Assembly (NCBI GenBank): GCA_043228905.1 | Contig: JBHGNT010000008.1 | Coordinates: 16,430,001-16,494,000, forward strand | Source: Azolla caroliniana | Lineage: Eukaryota; Plantae; Polypodiophyta | Direction of reading: 5' to 3' | DNA length: 64,000 nucleotides | In this document: positions 1 through 11,117 of the stretch, in pieces | How the letters are laid out: the number at the start of each line of letters is the position of its first letter | Numbering within the stretch: the stretch's first letter is position 1 | The notes under the pieces: generated by a model | What the model was told of the DNA's origin: nothing | The model's input: only the letters and a program-made list of their open reading frames with translations | Database searches by the model: none | Translations under genes and position numbers: made by a program

Positions 1-257
1 GTTGATAGTCGGTTTCGATTGATGTGTGTGATTCATGCAGGTAAGGGTGGAAATGGTGGAATGCCCAGATGATTGCAAGTAGCTCTTTTTTGGTTGTCGA
101 GTAATTCTTCTCAGCTTTGGTAAGTGACCAACTTATGTAGGCAATCGGGTTTAGTTGGTCGTTGTCATCGATTTGTAGCAGGACCGTGTCGAGGCCGATG
201 TTGGAGGCATCCGTCTGCAGATGGAAAGGCTTCGTGAAGTTAGGGTGTGCCAATATG

Positions 258-1043
258 TTAGAGGCTTGGAGTGTTCGCTTGAGCTGTAGGAAGCTGGATT
301 CGCAAGCGTTGGTCCATAGAAAAGATGCGTCTTTTTGCAAGAGTTTGCATAGTGGGGGTTGACAGGCTGGCTAGCTGTGGGATGAAGTGGAGAGAGAGCG
401 TGAGGAGGTCGAGGAAACGTTGAAGCTGCTTGACTGTGGTGGGGCATGGGAATTTTTGGATTGCTTGCGTCTTCTCAGGGTCCATTTGTATTCCAACGGA
501 GGAGATGACATACCTGAGGAAGAGGAGGTGCGTACTACCCCAACGACACTTCTTCCATTGCAATTGCAATCGATAGCGCTGAACACAAGTTAGGATCTCT
601 TGAAGGACTTGGAGGTGTTCCGCCCAAGTGCTTGTATGTATCAGAATATCGTCTAGATAGACAATGACAACATGACGGGTGATGAGATCGTCAAAGATGG
701 CATTCGCCATTCGCATGCTCCTGACGTCGGATAGGCCAAAGGGCATCTGTGTGAACTGAAAGATGCCTTTCTTGGTGTGGAATGCAGTTTTGTGGGCGTC
801 TTCGGGGTTCATGGGGATTTGCCAGTATCCCGAGGCCAAATCAAGGGAGGAGAAGTACTTTGATTTGCCGAGTTGGTCGAGGAGGTCGTCGATACAAGGG
901 AGAGGATACCGGACATGGGTAATGACGTGGTTCAGTTGTTGGAAGTCAACATAGAAACAGTAAGATCTGTCCCTTTTCTTTACCATGTGTGACTCCGAGA
1001 ACCACTCGCTCTTGGAGGGTGTGAAGATTCCTTGTTGCAACAT
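258..1043 (-). pseudogene. Gypsy reverse transcriptase fragment
   Basis: Gypsy RT motifs LDLASGYWQIPM, KTAF, MPFGL, YLDD; frameshift before RNase H (YKSM..NxKPIAY remnants at 120-250). Confidence 0.9.
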
Positions 1044-1092
1044 AGTTTTGACGGTATTGTCGATGCGCTGGTGGTTGAGAGGGGGGTTGCTA

Positions 1093-1550
1093 TGTTACGG
1101 GCATGACCATATAATATCCCGTGGCGAGAATTTACCATAGTATTCTATACATATGGATAAAGTGTGAGGGTTAAACGAGAGTGTAAAGAAGGGGAGGATT
1201 ACTTTTAATGCTCAGGATTGAGACAACCCGTTAGGCCAAGTGTGAACTTGCCTGGGGGCTTAGGTTTGGCTATAAATATGATACCTAGCTACCGTCATTT
1301 GACACATTATCGACTATGTTGGGACTCTGACATTGTGGTGGGTCAACTCTTGTAGCGAGCACACTAGCACTAGGTACGACTCGATGCCACGACAGTGGTA
1401 TGGGACGCCGATCGAGGCTTGAGTCCATCTCGATCCCTTCGCTCGGGGGTGGTCGGGTGGATCAACACCCTTCTTTCTCTCTCTCTCCTTTCTTATTTTA
1501 TATAAATTATATCCTTGTCTCATGCCTACATTAGTAGCTACGCTCTAACA
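1093..1550 (+). mobile_element. Solo LTR, same family as the LTR at 38961
   Basis: TGTTAC...CTCTAACA termini; first ~270 bp and last ~120 bp align with 38961-39230 and 39870-39992; TATAAAT at 1271; splits the Gypsy frame between ..GNARPISV and ..QPPLNHQRIDNTVKTML. Confidence 0.85.
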
Positions 1551-3344
1551 ACACTGATGGGGCGGGCGTTTCCTATAGGGATAGTGTGGTGGATCGGAAA
1601 ACAAATCGAGGGAGGTTGTGTAGGTGGTGTAGACAGCGAGGGAAAGGTAGATAGGAGCCGTCAGATGTCGTGGAGACGCTCTGTCGTTGATACCAGGCAT
1701 TATGCGTTGTTGATGTGGGTGTATCTCGTAGGTTGGTGAAGAGCGCGATTGGAAGGTGATTTGGGAGGATTAGCTGCTGCGAGGAGAAATCGAGACGAGC
1801 CCGGCTATTGAGAAACCAATCGCAACCGAGAGCGATTGGGAACAGTTGTCATGGGAGGACGTAGAAACAGTGTTGGATCTGGGCAGAACTGATGGTGAGC
1901 ATGCACGTGACTTGTGTATGTGAGTGGTACAACCATTGCTAGTCACCGAAGAGGATTTTAATGGGTGGTGCGTGGCTCGTGGGAAGTTGCAGTTGGGCTA
2001 CCAAGTCTGCATTGATGGAAGAGATGTTGCTACTGGAGTTGCGGAGCACTTCTTGGTTCGTGTGCTGGAGGCAAGCGATCATGGTACATACTGGAGAAGT
2101 TGATGACGTGGAGGCGTAGATGTGCGGGGGAGGCTCTCCCTGCGAGCGAAGGGTGTTGATCCACCCGGTAGCTTAGAGCCTGCAGTGACACCGGATGAGG
2201 ATGTAGTTGTTGAAGTAGAAACATTTGGGGCGTCCTTGTTTTTCTCGTTCGAGTAAGGCACGCTTGGTGCGTAATTGCGCATTCTTGACGTTGATGTCCA
2301 TAGGAGTGGTGGCTGGCGTAGTGTTTACATGATCGTGACGGAGATTACCTGGTGTGTGCAGGTTGTGTGTGTTTACGGCTTCGATATGTTGGGCGGTGAG
2401 GATGGCTTCGTGTAGTGGCTTCGGGCCTTAATCGTGTACTCGGCGACGGAGGTCGTGCTGGATGTGCGGCGAGAAGAATAACAACTTCATGTCTTTTGAC
2501 ATGTTGGGGTCAGCCCACCGTAGGATCCACACAAACTGAACCACGAATTGGATGATGGGTTCGCGTGGTTGTTGGGTGATTGACCCGAGTTCTTATAGGG
2601 CCGTTTGACGGGAGTCCTTATGTGCGAAATTCCGAATCATGGCTGCCCGTAACAAGTCCCAATCGTTGCGTGTCTGCTCGGGTTGCTGCACATGTTGTTG
2701 CAATATTCTCGAGGAGTGTCTTCATTTCCATTGCCTTCTCGGGGTGTGGTCATTGGTGGTAACTAGCCACCATGTCGAAATGATTTGGCCAAGAGAGGAT
2801 GTCCTCTGATGGTAGGCCAGAAAATGGTTTTGGGCGAACTTGGGGGTCCAGGTGATTCTGTTGTGGCTCAGATCGTGCTGAGAGAAATGATAACATGGCT
2901 TGGTTAGTGTGGTTAACCTGTAAAATAATGCTAGACATTGCATGAACCAGTTGGTCGATTGGCGATGAGTGCTGGTGTTCTTGAGTGCGGTTGTAGGAAT
3001 TCTGGATTCATGGAGTTTGTGTTGTTGTTGTTGTTGTTGTTGTTGTTGTCGTGCTGCATCATGGCGTGTGTTGTTGGGGTCGCGAGTTGGGGCTGCTCTG
3101 CTCGTCTTCGCCACCAAGATGTGAAGTGCTCTGAATAATAGAATAATCTTGTCCTATTAAGTTGGAGTTACATCTTATAGGCATGTAGCGTGGAGGGTGA
3201 TTTCCTGCTCCAATTGGTTATGGGTAGTTGCCCTAATTATGGGGAGTTGGCCGAGCCCTAATTTAGGTGTGGTCAATGTGACCTTGGTTAGGTGGGGCAT
3301 TGGTTAAGGTCATTTCATATCACGCATGTGCCAATCTATGATTC

Positions 3345-3690
3345 TACGTTATGTATGTATGTATATGTATTGTATGTTATGTATGATATATGTATGTATG
3401 TATGCATATGTGTTGTATGTTATGTATTGTATCAATATGTTATATATTGTATCGGTATGTTATAGTATGTTATATATGTATACAGTATGTATATGCATTG
3501 TATGTTATGTATGTATGGATGTATATGTATTGTATGTTATGTATGATATATGTATGTATGGATGTATATGTATTGTATGTTATGTATGATATATGTATGT
3601 ATGTATGCATATGTGTTGTATGTATGCATATGTGTTGTATGTTATGTATTGTATGTTATGTATGTATGGATGTATGTATGTATATGTATG
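3345..3690. repeat. Degenerate (TATG)n/(TGTA)n microsatellite with higher-order units
   Basis: Directly visible low-complexity TA/TG tract; it generates the M/Y/V/C-rich spurious ORFs. Confidence 0.95.
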
Positions 3691-3772
3691 GCCATGGCTC
3701 GCGGCGGGCATCTCTGTGTGCAGAAAAAGTCGTCCCATTTTTGGTTCCGCTACCCGCGAATCCGTGGGGGCA

Positions 3773-6700
3773 ATGGCATCTTCGTTATTGCTGCCATCGC
3801 CATCGCCATGGCCATGGCCATGGCCATCTTCTTCTTCCGTCTCCTTCTGTTCTTCCTTTCTATTCTCGTCGATCCTATATCCGCTGAAAGCTTCCGCCAT
3901 CGCTCCCAACTATTCCCCCTTTCAGCCCAAGCTTCCGTTAAAGCTTTCTTTGGCGCGTCGAGCAAGCCTCTCCCAGGACGACTACAGTAACGGGAGCTAT
4001 TTACAGAATATCCCTACCATCACTTCCACTTCCACCACAATGCCTCTTCTTGACGGTTCCAGTATGCCTTCTTCTTCATCATCATCCGATCCATCAGATT
4101 TTACCTCTCTTTCTTGCAGACTCATCGATAAGTCTCACAAGAAGAGCGTTTGCCTCTTTTACTGCAGTGAAACTGAAGAACTTGCGCTTCGAATTGCAGC
4201 AGAATCGGATACCATAGAGCTCAAGTTCATCAATTGGGGGTAAAATTGTATTATCTTTCTCAAATTATATTTTTCTGTGTAAAGAACTATTGATTGCACA
4301 AAGTTTTCTTCATGACGTAAGTGTCAATTTCTGGGTTTAGGTCGAGAATTCTGTGTTTTTTAGCACAATTCTGTGTTTAATCTTTGTAATAAAGTTGTCG
4401 ATTCTAGAAGCGTTCATTTCCTTTTGACTCCAAAGATTTAAATGGTCAGTTTCAGTGTCTCATTTTAGCATAAAATCTGCTTTTCTCATCTTGTAGGTAT
4501 TTTTTGTAAAGAAAACACGTTTCTTTCCTTTGTGCTCCAACAATTCTTGCTCCGTAAAGTCTATGTTTTAGTTTCTTGAATTAGATCAAGAATTCTCTTT
4601 TTTAGCATAAGGAACTGCTTTTCTCGTGTTTTACATAAGATAAATAAACGTCCATTGTTTCCACAAACTTTTCTTTCCTTTATATTCCTCCATAAATGAT
4701 TAATAAAAAAACATGCAGGATGTGTTCTTAGGACAGATTCTGATTTTGTTATGTTGTATTTAAGCTATTTATTAACTCCATGAACATTTCTTTTCTTTGT
4801 TCCCCAAGGAATTCACGTTTCATAAATGATAAATGTCAGTTTCCGCTGTTCTTAGATAATCTTTTTCTTTTCAAATTGTTCACCCCTATTTCCCCTAAAC
4901 TTGCGCAGATCATTTCCTGATGGCTTTCCAAATTTGTTCATCCACAATGCACATGGTATCAGAAGCCAGCATGTCGCATTCTTGGCTTCCTTTAGCTCCC
5001 CATCAGTCATCTTTGAGCAGCTCTCTGTAATTTATGCACTGCCGAGAATGTTTGTGGCATCTTTCACCTTAGTTCTCCCTTTCTTCCCGACTGGGACCTT
5101 GGAGCGAATGGAAGATGAAGGAGACATTGCCACTGCTTTTACTCTTGCAAGGATCCTCTCCAACATTCCAATATCCAGAGGAGGTCCCACGAGCCTAGTT
5201 ATCTTTGACATCCATGCTCTCCAGGTTCCTTTTTGGCCTTTCTTCTTTGTGTGTTTCTTTTTTATCACTAATGTATGAAAATGTTTTTGCATTCAACTTG
5301 AGAAATTTGTTAGTACTGTGTCTTTAGAGAGGGCCTTCATCTTTTTGGACTTTCTGTAATAATTTTAAGTTTCTCCCCTTTTATGTGAGGATAAAGTTTA
5401 TGCTTGGTTTTTTTGCACAGGAGAGGTTTTATTTTGGTGACAATGTTTTGCCCTGCTTTGAGAGTGGGATTCCACTTCTGAAGCAACGGTTACGTCAGCT
5501 TGAAGATTCAATGAATGTAAGTGTTGTTGAATATGAGGATCTTGAAGTTAATTTGATTAAGCGATGTTTTTAGAGGACAGTTTGTTTTATGGTATCGTAT
5601 TTTATTTCTGGTCAAGCCATCGTGAAAAATTAGATTTAACTTGAATTCGTGGTAGAACATTTCTTTATCATGTTTGCACTCTTCAAATACTTTAAAATGC
5701 ATATTTTTCTACACATTTGAAAAGGATTACAAAATATGAAGTGAACCTGATTTAGTATCTGGATATTTATACTTATTGGCACATCTGTAAAGTTGCTGCA
5801 TGTAGACATTATTGAAGGGAGACATGTACTCTTCCACATAAAGGATATTCAGTGTTTCTGCAGTGATTGTGAAACATATTGTTTTTTATTTATTTGGAAG
5901 GAATAACTCCGGCAAATTACTTGAAATGTTGACTCTTGCTTTGTCAGATGTATGCAGATTAGCATTGCATTTCCAGATGAAGGTTCTTGGAAACGCTTTC
6001 ACAATCAGTTACAACATTTTCCCACTGTATGTGAATATTAAATATATTTGATGTTTGGGTTTAAGAAAGTTCGTTTGTGTTTTGGTTCTTTATTATGCTT
6101 TTAACATTTCGAGTATTTATGCTATAAATTAACCATTTTTTCTTGTAGTTTGAGATACTGAAATCATAGTTATTGCCTTAAAATGTAAAGTGGGAAAATC
6201 TTGGGGCAATGTGCTAATATTCCAATTATCCCAAGTTCTTATAGTGAAAATGATATTCTTTGTGGATTTCTGGAAAGCCTGCAACATTGTAACTTATACT
6301 CGCCTCATGCAGAGACTAGAAGCCCTCAGGGTCCCAATACACATGCAATGGGAAATCTATGCACTGTATGAATCAGTGTTAAGAAAAATGTGCACTCTAA
6401 TTGGGTCGTGGAGGTCATGGCTAGCACCGTGAGCAAGGATGTTGATTATCTCCACTCTTTGTTCTTTATATAGATGAGATATCTAATTATATAGAAATAT
6501 TTAGTGGTTCAGGAGGACCCTTAGTAGGGGTAGCCATACCAATGTTACTATATGCTGATGACATTGTGGTACTCTCCAAAAGGGCTACAAAGACATCTAA
6601 AATCATTAAAGTCATTTTGTACAGATAAAGATTTGTCAGTCAGCCTCGATAAACTGAAGGTACAGTGTTTAACACCAGGTAAACATGGGTAACAAGATCT

Positions 6701-9247
6701 GAACCACAATATTTCCTGGGGAGGAAAAAGGTTGCATACACCTTGATCATACACATATATGGGAGTAACATTCACAGGGCTTCGGTCCTCCAACGAGAGG
6801 TTGCATGTTGTCGTCTTTCTTGAGGATATGTAACCGTTGGGTCCCTTGAAAGAACACTACTATGGCTACCATTATACTGGTTTTTTATGAAACAAGAGGG
6901 AGATATCGTTGCCTCTTCAAACAAGGTTTTGGTTCTTAGCACAAGATAATTAGGAAGACCAACAGTGCTTGGAACTGTTCTTGCTAGAACTCAAGAGATG
7001 TATGGAGAAGTTTATGAAGGACAACAATACATCGACATATCATCAACAAAGAACAATCACAACTTTACTTCCATTACTCTTTCTCATGCTACAAGTCAAT
7101 TAAGGACTACAGAAGTGGGATCTTGACTGAGATACTTGAAAGGGATTACAATAGATGAGACAGTAATAATGTGCTGTGCATGTAGACCACACTAATCTGG
7201 AACACGGCCTTGTCACTCTTGTCATTGACGAATAAAGGTCATTATCACCCAGCATAAAGTTGCTGCCCTCGCTTCAGTAGCCCATGTCTGAGCTGTTTTT
7301 GAAGGCAGAAGTTTCATTCTGAGTTCAGGATCTGAAATTCTTAGATGTCTAGATTCTTTAGTACTCTATTTTAGTCATATTTATTTTAGTTTGTTCTCAA
7401 AGGTGAGAAAACATTGTAAGAAAGAGTTCAGTCTTCTAGGACATTTTGGCCTTGTTAAGTTTCATTCTTTCTTTCTGTTGCCAACTTCATCTACACTTTG
7501 GAAATGCTTGGTAATGAAGCCAAGAACTATATAGCCTGAAAATCTCACTATGAATGTGTGAAGACCAGTTGGAGTGGGAAGCATAGCTGAGAAGTACTCA
7601 TTCCAACGTATGGTTTAATGAAAGCAAGTGTGTGCCTGTTAATCAGGATACCTGCCAACCATTTTACTGTGAAGGTTGAACACCCCAACATTCGCCAGAA
7701 TTTTACTTTGCAAGGCCAGTAGTGTTAACATCAGACAAAGTTTTGTGGAGCGCTATTTACAGCAACGGTATCGGCTTGTTAATGAAAGCAGCACACTGGG
7801 ATCTTGCATGTACTATTTCCGGACATGGATTTCGTAGTTATATTGCAGTGAACGAATACATACCCAGGCAATGGGTGAATAGGGGGCATTATGCCATATT
7901 GTTACCCTAGGACTGATGGAGATCCAGCACACAAAGCAAACGTTTAAAAGTGTATTGCTATGAAAATGTCTCCAATTGTCAATATCATTGGAACCACTAC
8001 CTTCCATATATGATATAGTGAGATTGATTATAATAATAACAATTTTAAGCATTCAGTGCGCTATCCTTGGTCCTTATGTGTTTATTCAAGTTAATGTCCC
8101 CAAACCACTGATTTCAACTGTATTAAAAAGGATTTGGGCTGCAATTGGTAGCAAAACTTATGTAGTACTTGCCTTGCCATTTTCTCACTAACCATTATCT
8201 GAATTGTCATAAGCTATAGTTGGTATACTGGTGTGTGTACCTTGGTGCCAAGAAACAATGTATACTAAGTAGCCAATAATTGGTAATTAGCTGAAGAGAT
8301 TACTATTCATCCTGTGTTCAAATTTATCTGCTAAGCACCGTAGCCAGGGTGCTTAAGTGTTATGTTTGAAGATTACACCGATTTTTTGGACATTATTCCA
8401 TGTATTCAACTCGATCACTTCTGGTCCAAAGAAAATGGTGATATAACCATAACATTGCTTCCTTTGTCACCAGGATCTAGTGAATGATGTTTGAGATTTC
8501 TCATATGTGATTGTATTTACTTGCTAATGTTTTGATTAAGCAGTAGTTTGTTTTCTTTGCCACGTATTCTTTTTATGAGGTTTGCTCCTTGCATGAAATT
8601 CCAGCGACTTTTTTGCATCTAAGAAGCTACATTTCTGTCTCAGATAATATGTACCAAAGTGCGTGAAGGTGATAAAAAAATTGTTCGACTTAAAGAGGGT
8701 GAGGCCACTGGGAGGCACGTAGTCATTGTTGATGATCTTGTGCAGTCAGGTGGAACTTTAATTGAGTGTCAGGTAATTTCAAATACTTCCATAATTGTCA
8801 TCTATGTTTGAGAACGAAACAAAAATAATCCTTTCGACTGAATTACTCAATGTTAAAATACTAATCTTTAGAGGTTTTTGAAATAGTGGTCTCTGTTAAG
8901 TTTCCCTTTCATTTTTCTTCCTGAGGTCCAGAAAGTTCTTTTAGCGCATGGAGCTGCAAAAATAAGTGCATATACAACTCATGGTGTTTTCCCACAACGG
9001 ACTTGGGAGAAATTTCTAACCAAGGGTGAGAAATATATCTCAGTGGGTCTCTCATTATTGTTGTTTGTAGTATTTGTTGTTGAACCTTTTTTCTTTCTCC
9101 CGTATATCCTGTGAAGATGGAGAACAGGGCTTCACAAATTTCTGGATTACGGATTCGTGTCCGTCAACAGTTAAAGAAGTTACAGGAAAGCCACCTTTTG
9201 AAGTTCTTAGTTTAGCAGGGTCCATCGCAGCTGCCCTTCATATTTAA
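3773..9247 (+). CDS. PRS3: Class II (phosphate-independent) ribose-phosphate pyrophosphokinase, PRS3/PRS4-like; exons 3773-4239, 4909-5224, 5421-5516, 5958-6026, 8644-8772, 8932-9025, 9117-9247
   Basis: Spliced frame stays open with GT-AG junctions; motifs [78 protein letters not shown] (PRPP-binding), FWITDSCP; Ser/Pro-rich N-terminal extension resembles a transit peptide. PRS3 versus PRS4 is inferred from that extension. Confidence 0.93.
6440..6900 (+). mobile_element. Non-LTR retrotransposon RT fragment in PRS intron 4
   Basis: Frameshifted translation [46 protein letters not shown] from 6542. Confidence 0.75.
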
Positions 9248-10519
9248 ATTTTAACGTCACTTATACTAGTTTGGGGGTAGGTTTTGTGATATATCTAGGT
9301 AAGTTATCAATCTCCTGGCCTAATAATTGACTTGAGCTTTTGCATCAGTTTGGCTGATTTTTTACTTAATTTTTTCTTCCGATTTTGAATAACTTCTCGA
9401 AAGATTTTTAAGACACCAATAATAAAAACGTATTCTCTTCTTGTTGGAAAAAGTTGATATTTGTTAGCACTAATCTTTATCAGTTGATGTCTACTCTTGT
9501 TTTTGGCATGACCAGTTAAAGATATATAGCTGTCTTGTTTGTTGTCCGGTCTTTGTTGATTTCTTCTCACATCTCGTGATTTTAATATCCCAACTTTAAT
9601 TGCAGATGCCCACAATGCCAATATAATTACTAGTTACATGTTTGTGTAATCTAGAAATAGATCTCGTCTCTTTTGTGTTTGCAACCTAGCATTGGTCTTA
9701 CCTAACATATTTTTACATGTGAGTCATTATTGCGTTGGATCTCATCATTGATGGTTATATATTCCCTCAAATTATAGATTTATTTGGGAAAATGATAAGA
9801 TATACCATTATTGCATGGATGTGCAAATGAAAGCAAATGGTGCCCTTTGGATGGATTGGTGTTTAAAGGATAGTACAAGCTATCACCTAAAGCAAAAATA
9901 ATGTGGAATGTGAAAATTATTGCAACTTGGTGCATTCCCATTTCCCATTTCGCGCAAAGGCATGCATATAGAGAGTCAAGGTTGGTGTGCTCCCTTTAGG
10001 TTCAATCTTAAGTAGACAAGGATTGGGGGTCAAGTACGTGCTTCTTTTGCTCCATTTCATTGGAAGACAATACATATAGGTTCATTAAATGCCCTATAGT
10101 TCATATATAACTTGGGCGTACTTATTAGAGATGTGGCAAGTATTATCCTGTTGTTATTTGATGCCACAATTGGTATTTGTTCAGTATGTTCAAATAGTCC
10201 TAATTTGTGAGTTGGATATCTAGTTCTAGTTTTTACAGCAGTGGGGATTTCAATACATTTGGATATGCATGATTCTTTCATGCATGATGAAAGGCATGGG
10301 GTGAAATGTTAATAAGTTGAAAGGAATTCTTGTGTGGAATTTTTGGTGATGTGGAGCATGTGGATGATCACTTTTTCAAAGGCATATATTCAGGTTTTAT
10401 AATGTCTTCATAGGATCTCCCTCTACCTACATAGTAAAGAAGGCTAAGAAGTTGTAATGATGGGTTTTACATACAATTAATATATTTGTGCACTTTTAGA
10501 GAGAGAGAGAGAGAGTATT

Positions 10520-11100
10520 TGAAGGTCAAATATAACCTGTGAAACCTAAAGTATAACATTTTCACATAGTACATGTTAAAGTTAGTAGAAACTCTTGATG
10601 TTCAAGAACTTTACTAACGAATGTTGTAATCGAGATTGCATGTTGTGATTGTGAGAGAAATTTGTGCAAGGATTGGGTTTGGTCGAAGATGTGTTGAAAG
10701 TGTAATAGAATGTAATCAAAGGTGAAGCATTGTATCCAATTTTGGTACTCAAGAATCACGAACTTGTTTAGGGCAAAGTGTGGATAGTCTATTACTCTCA
10801 TCACTTGTGCCCAACGCCTTCTTCCACATCGTAATAAGTGAAAGCCAAGTCCATAGACAAAATGGTTTGGGTTGCAAACAATGGGCTCTAACATGTATTG
10901 ATGTGTGAGGTTTCTCTATTCAATGAAGAATATGGTTTTTTAGATAGGTGCAACATAAGTAGTATAATGTGTGAAGCAGGAACCTCTACATTTTTCCCAT
11001 GTCATGATCCATTAGTGTTGCAAAAAGGATTCGTTAACAAAGGAATCTATTTATGCATCATGAAGCAAGTGTGTTGCATCTGATCTTCCAATTCATTTTT
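10520..11100 (-). mobile_element. Degenerate dispersed repeat, probably CACTA/EnSpm-derived
   Basis: 10522-10812 aligns with 32526-32812; 11018-11075 aligns with 16526-16580 (GAATCTATT.ATGCATCATGAAGCAAGTGT). Confidence 0.5.
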
Positions 11101-11117
11101 TCATTTTAACATCTCTC

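Larger units (their letters stand above)
1..3324 (-). mobile_element. Degenerate Ty3/Gypsy LTR retrotransposon (5' part; continues left of window), interrupted by a solo LTR at 1093-1550
   Basis: RT ORF 258-1043 (YPLPCIDDLLD, LDLASGYWQI, MPFGL, VYLDDIL); gag-like frames 2300-3117 (PKPFSGLPSEDILSW); PBS-like TGGTGGCGAAG at 3116-3106 next to a short LTR-like block 3120-3324. Confidence 0.85.

Noticed and set aside
1076-1092. GAGAGGGGGG as the PPT of a plus-strand element ending at the 1093 LTR
   Set aside because: It is the antisense of the Gypsy coding frame (QPPLNH), which resumes on the other side of the LTR
3326-3990. Several overlapping M/Y/V/C-rich ORFs
   Set aside because: Artefacts of the TATG microsatellite; only the frame from 3773 joins the PRS exons
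7000-8000. Possible gene fragments in PRS intron 4
   Set aside because: Only short frames with no motif I can identify with confidence
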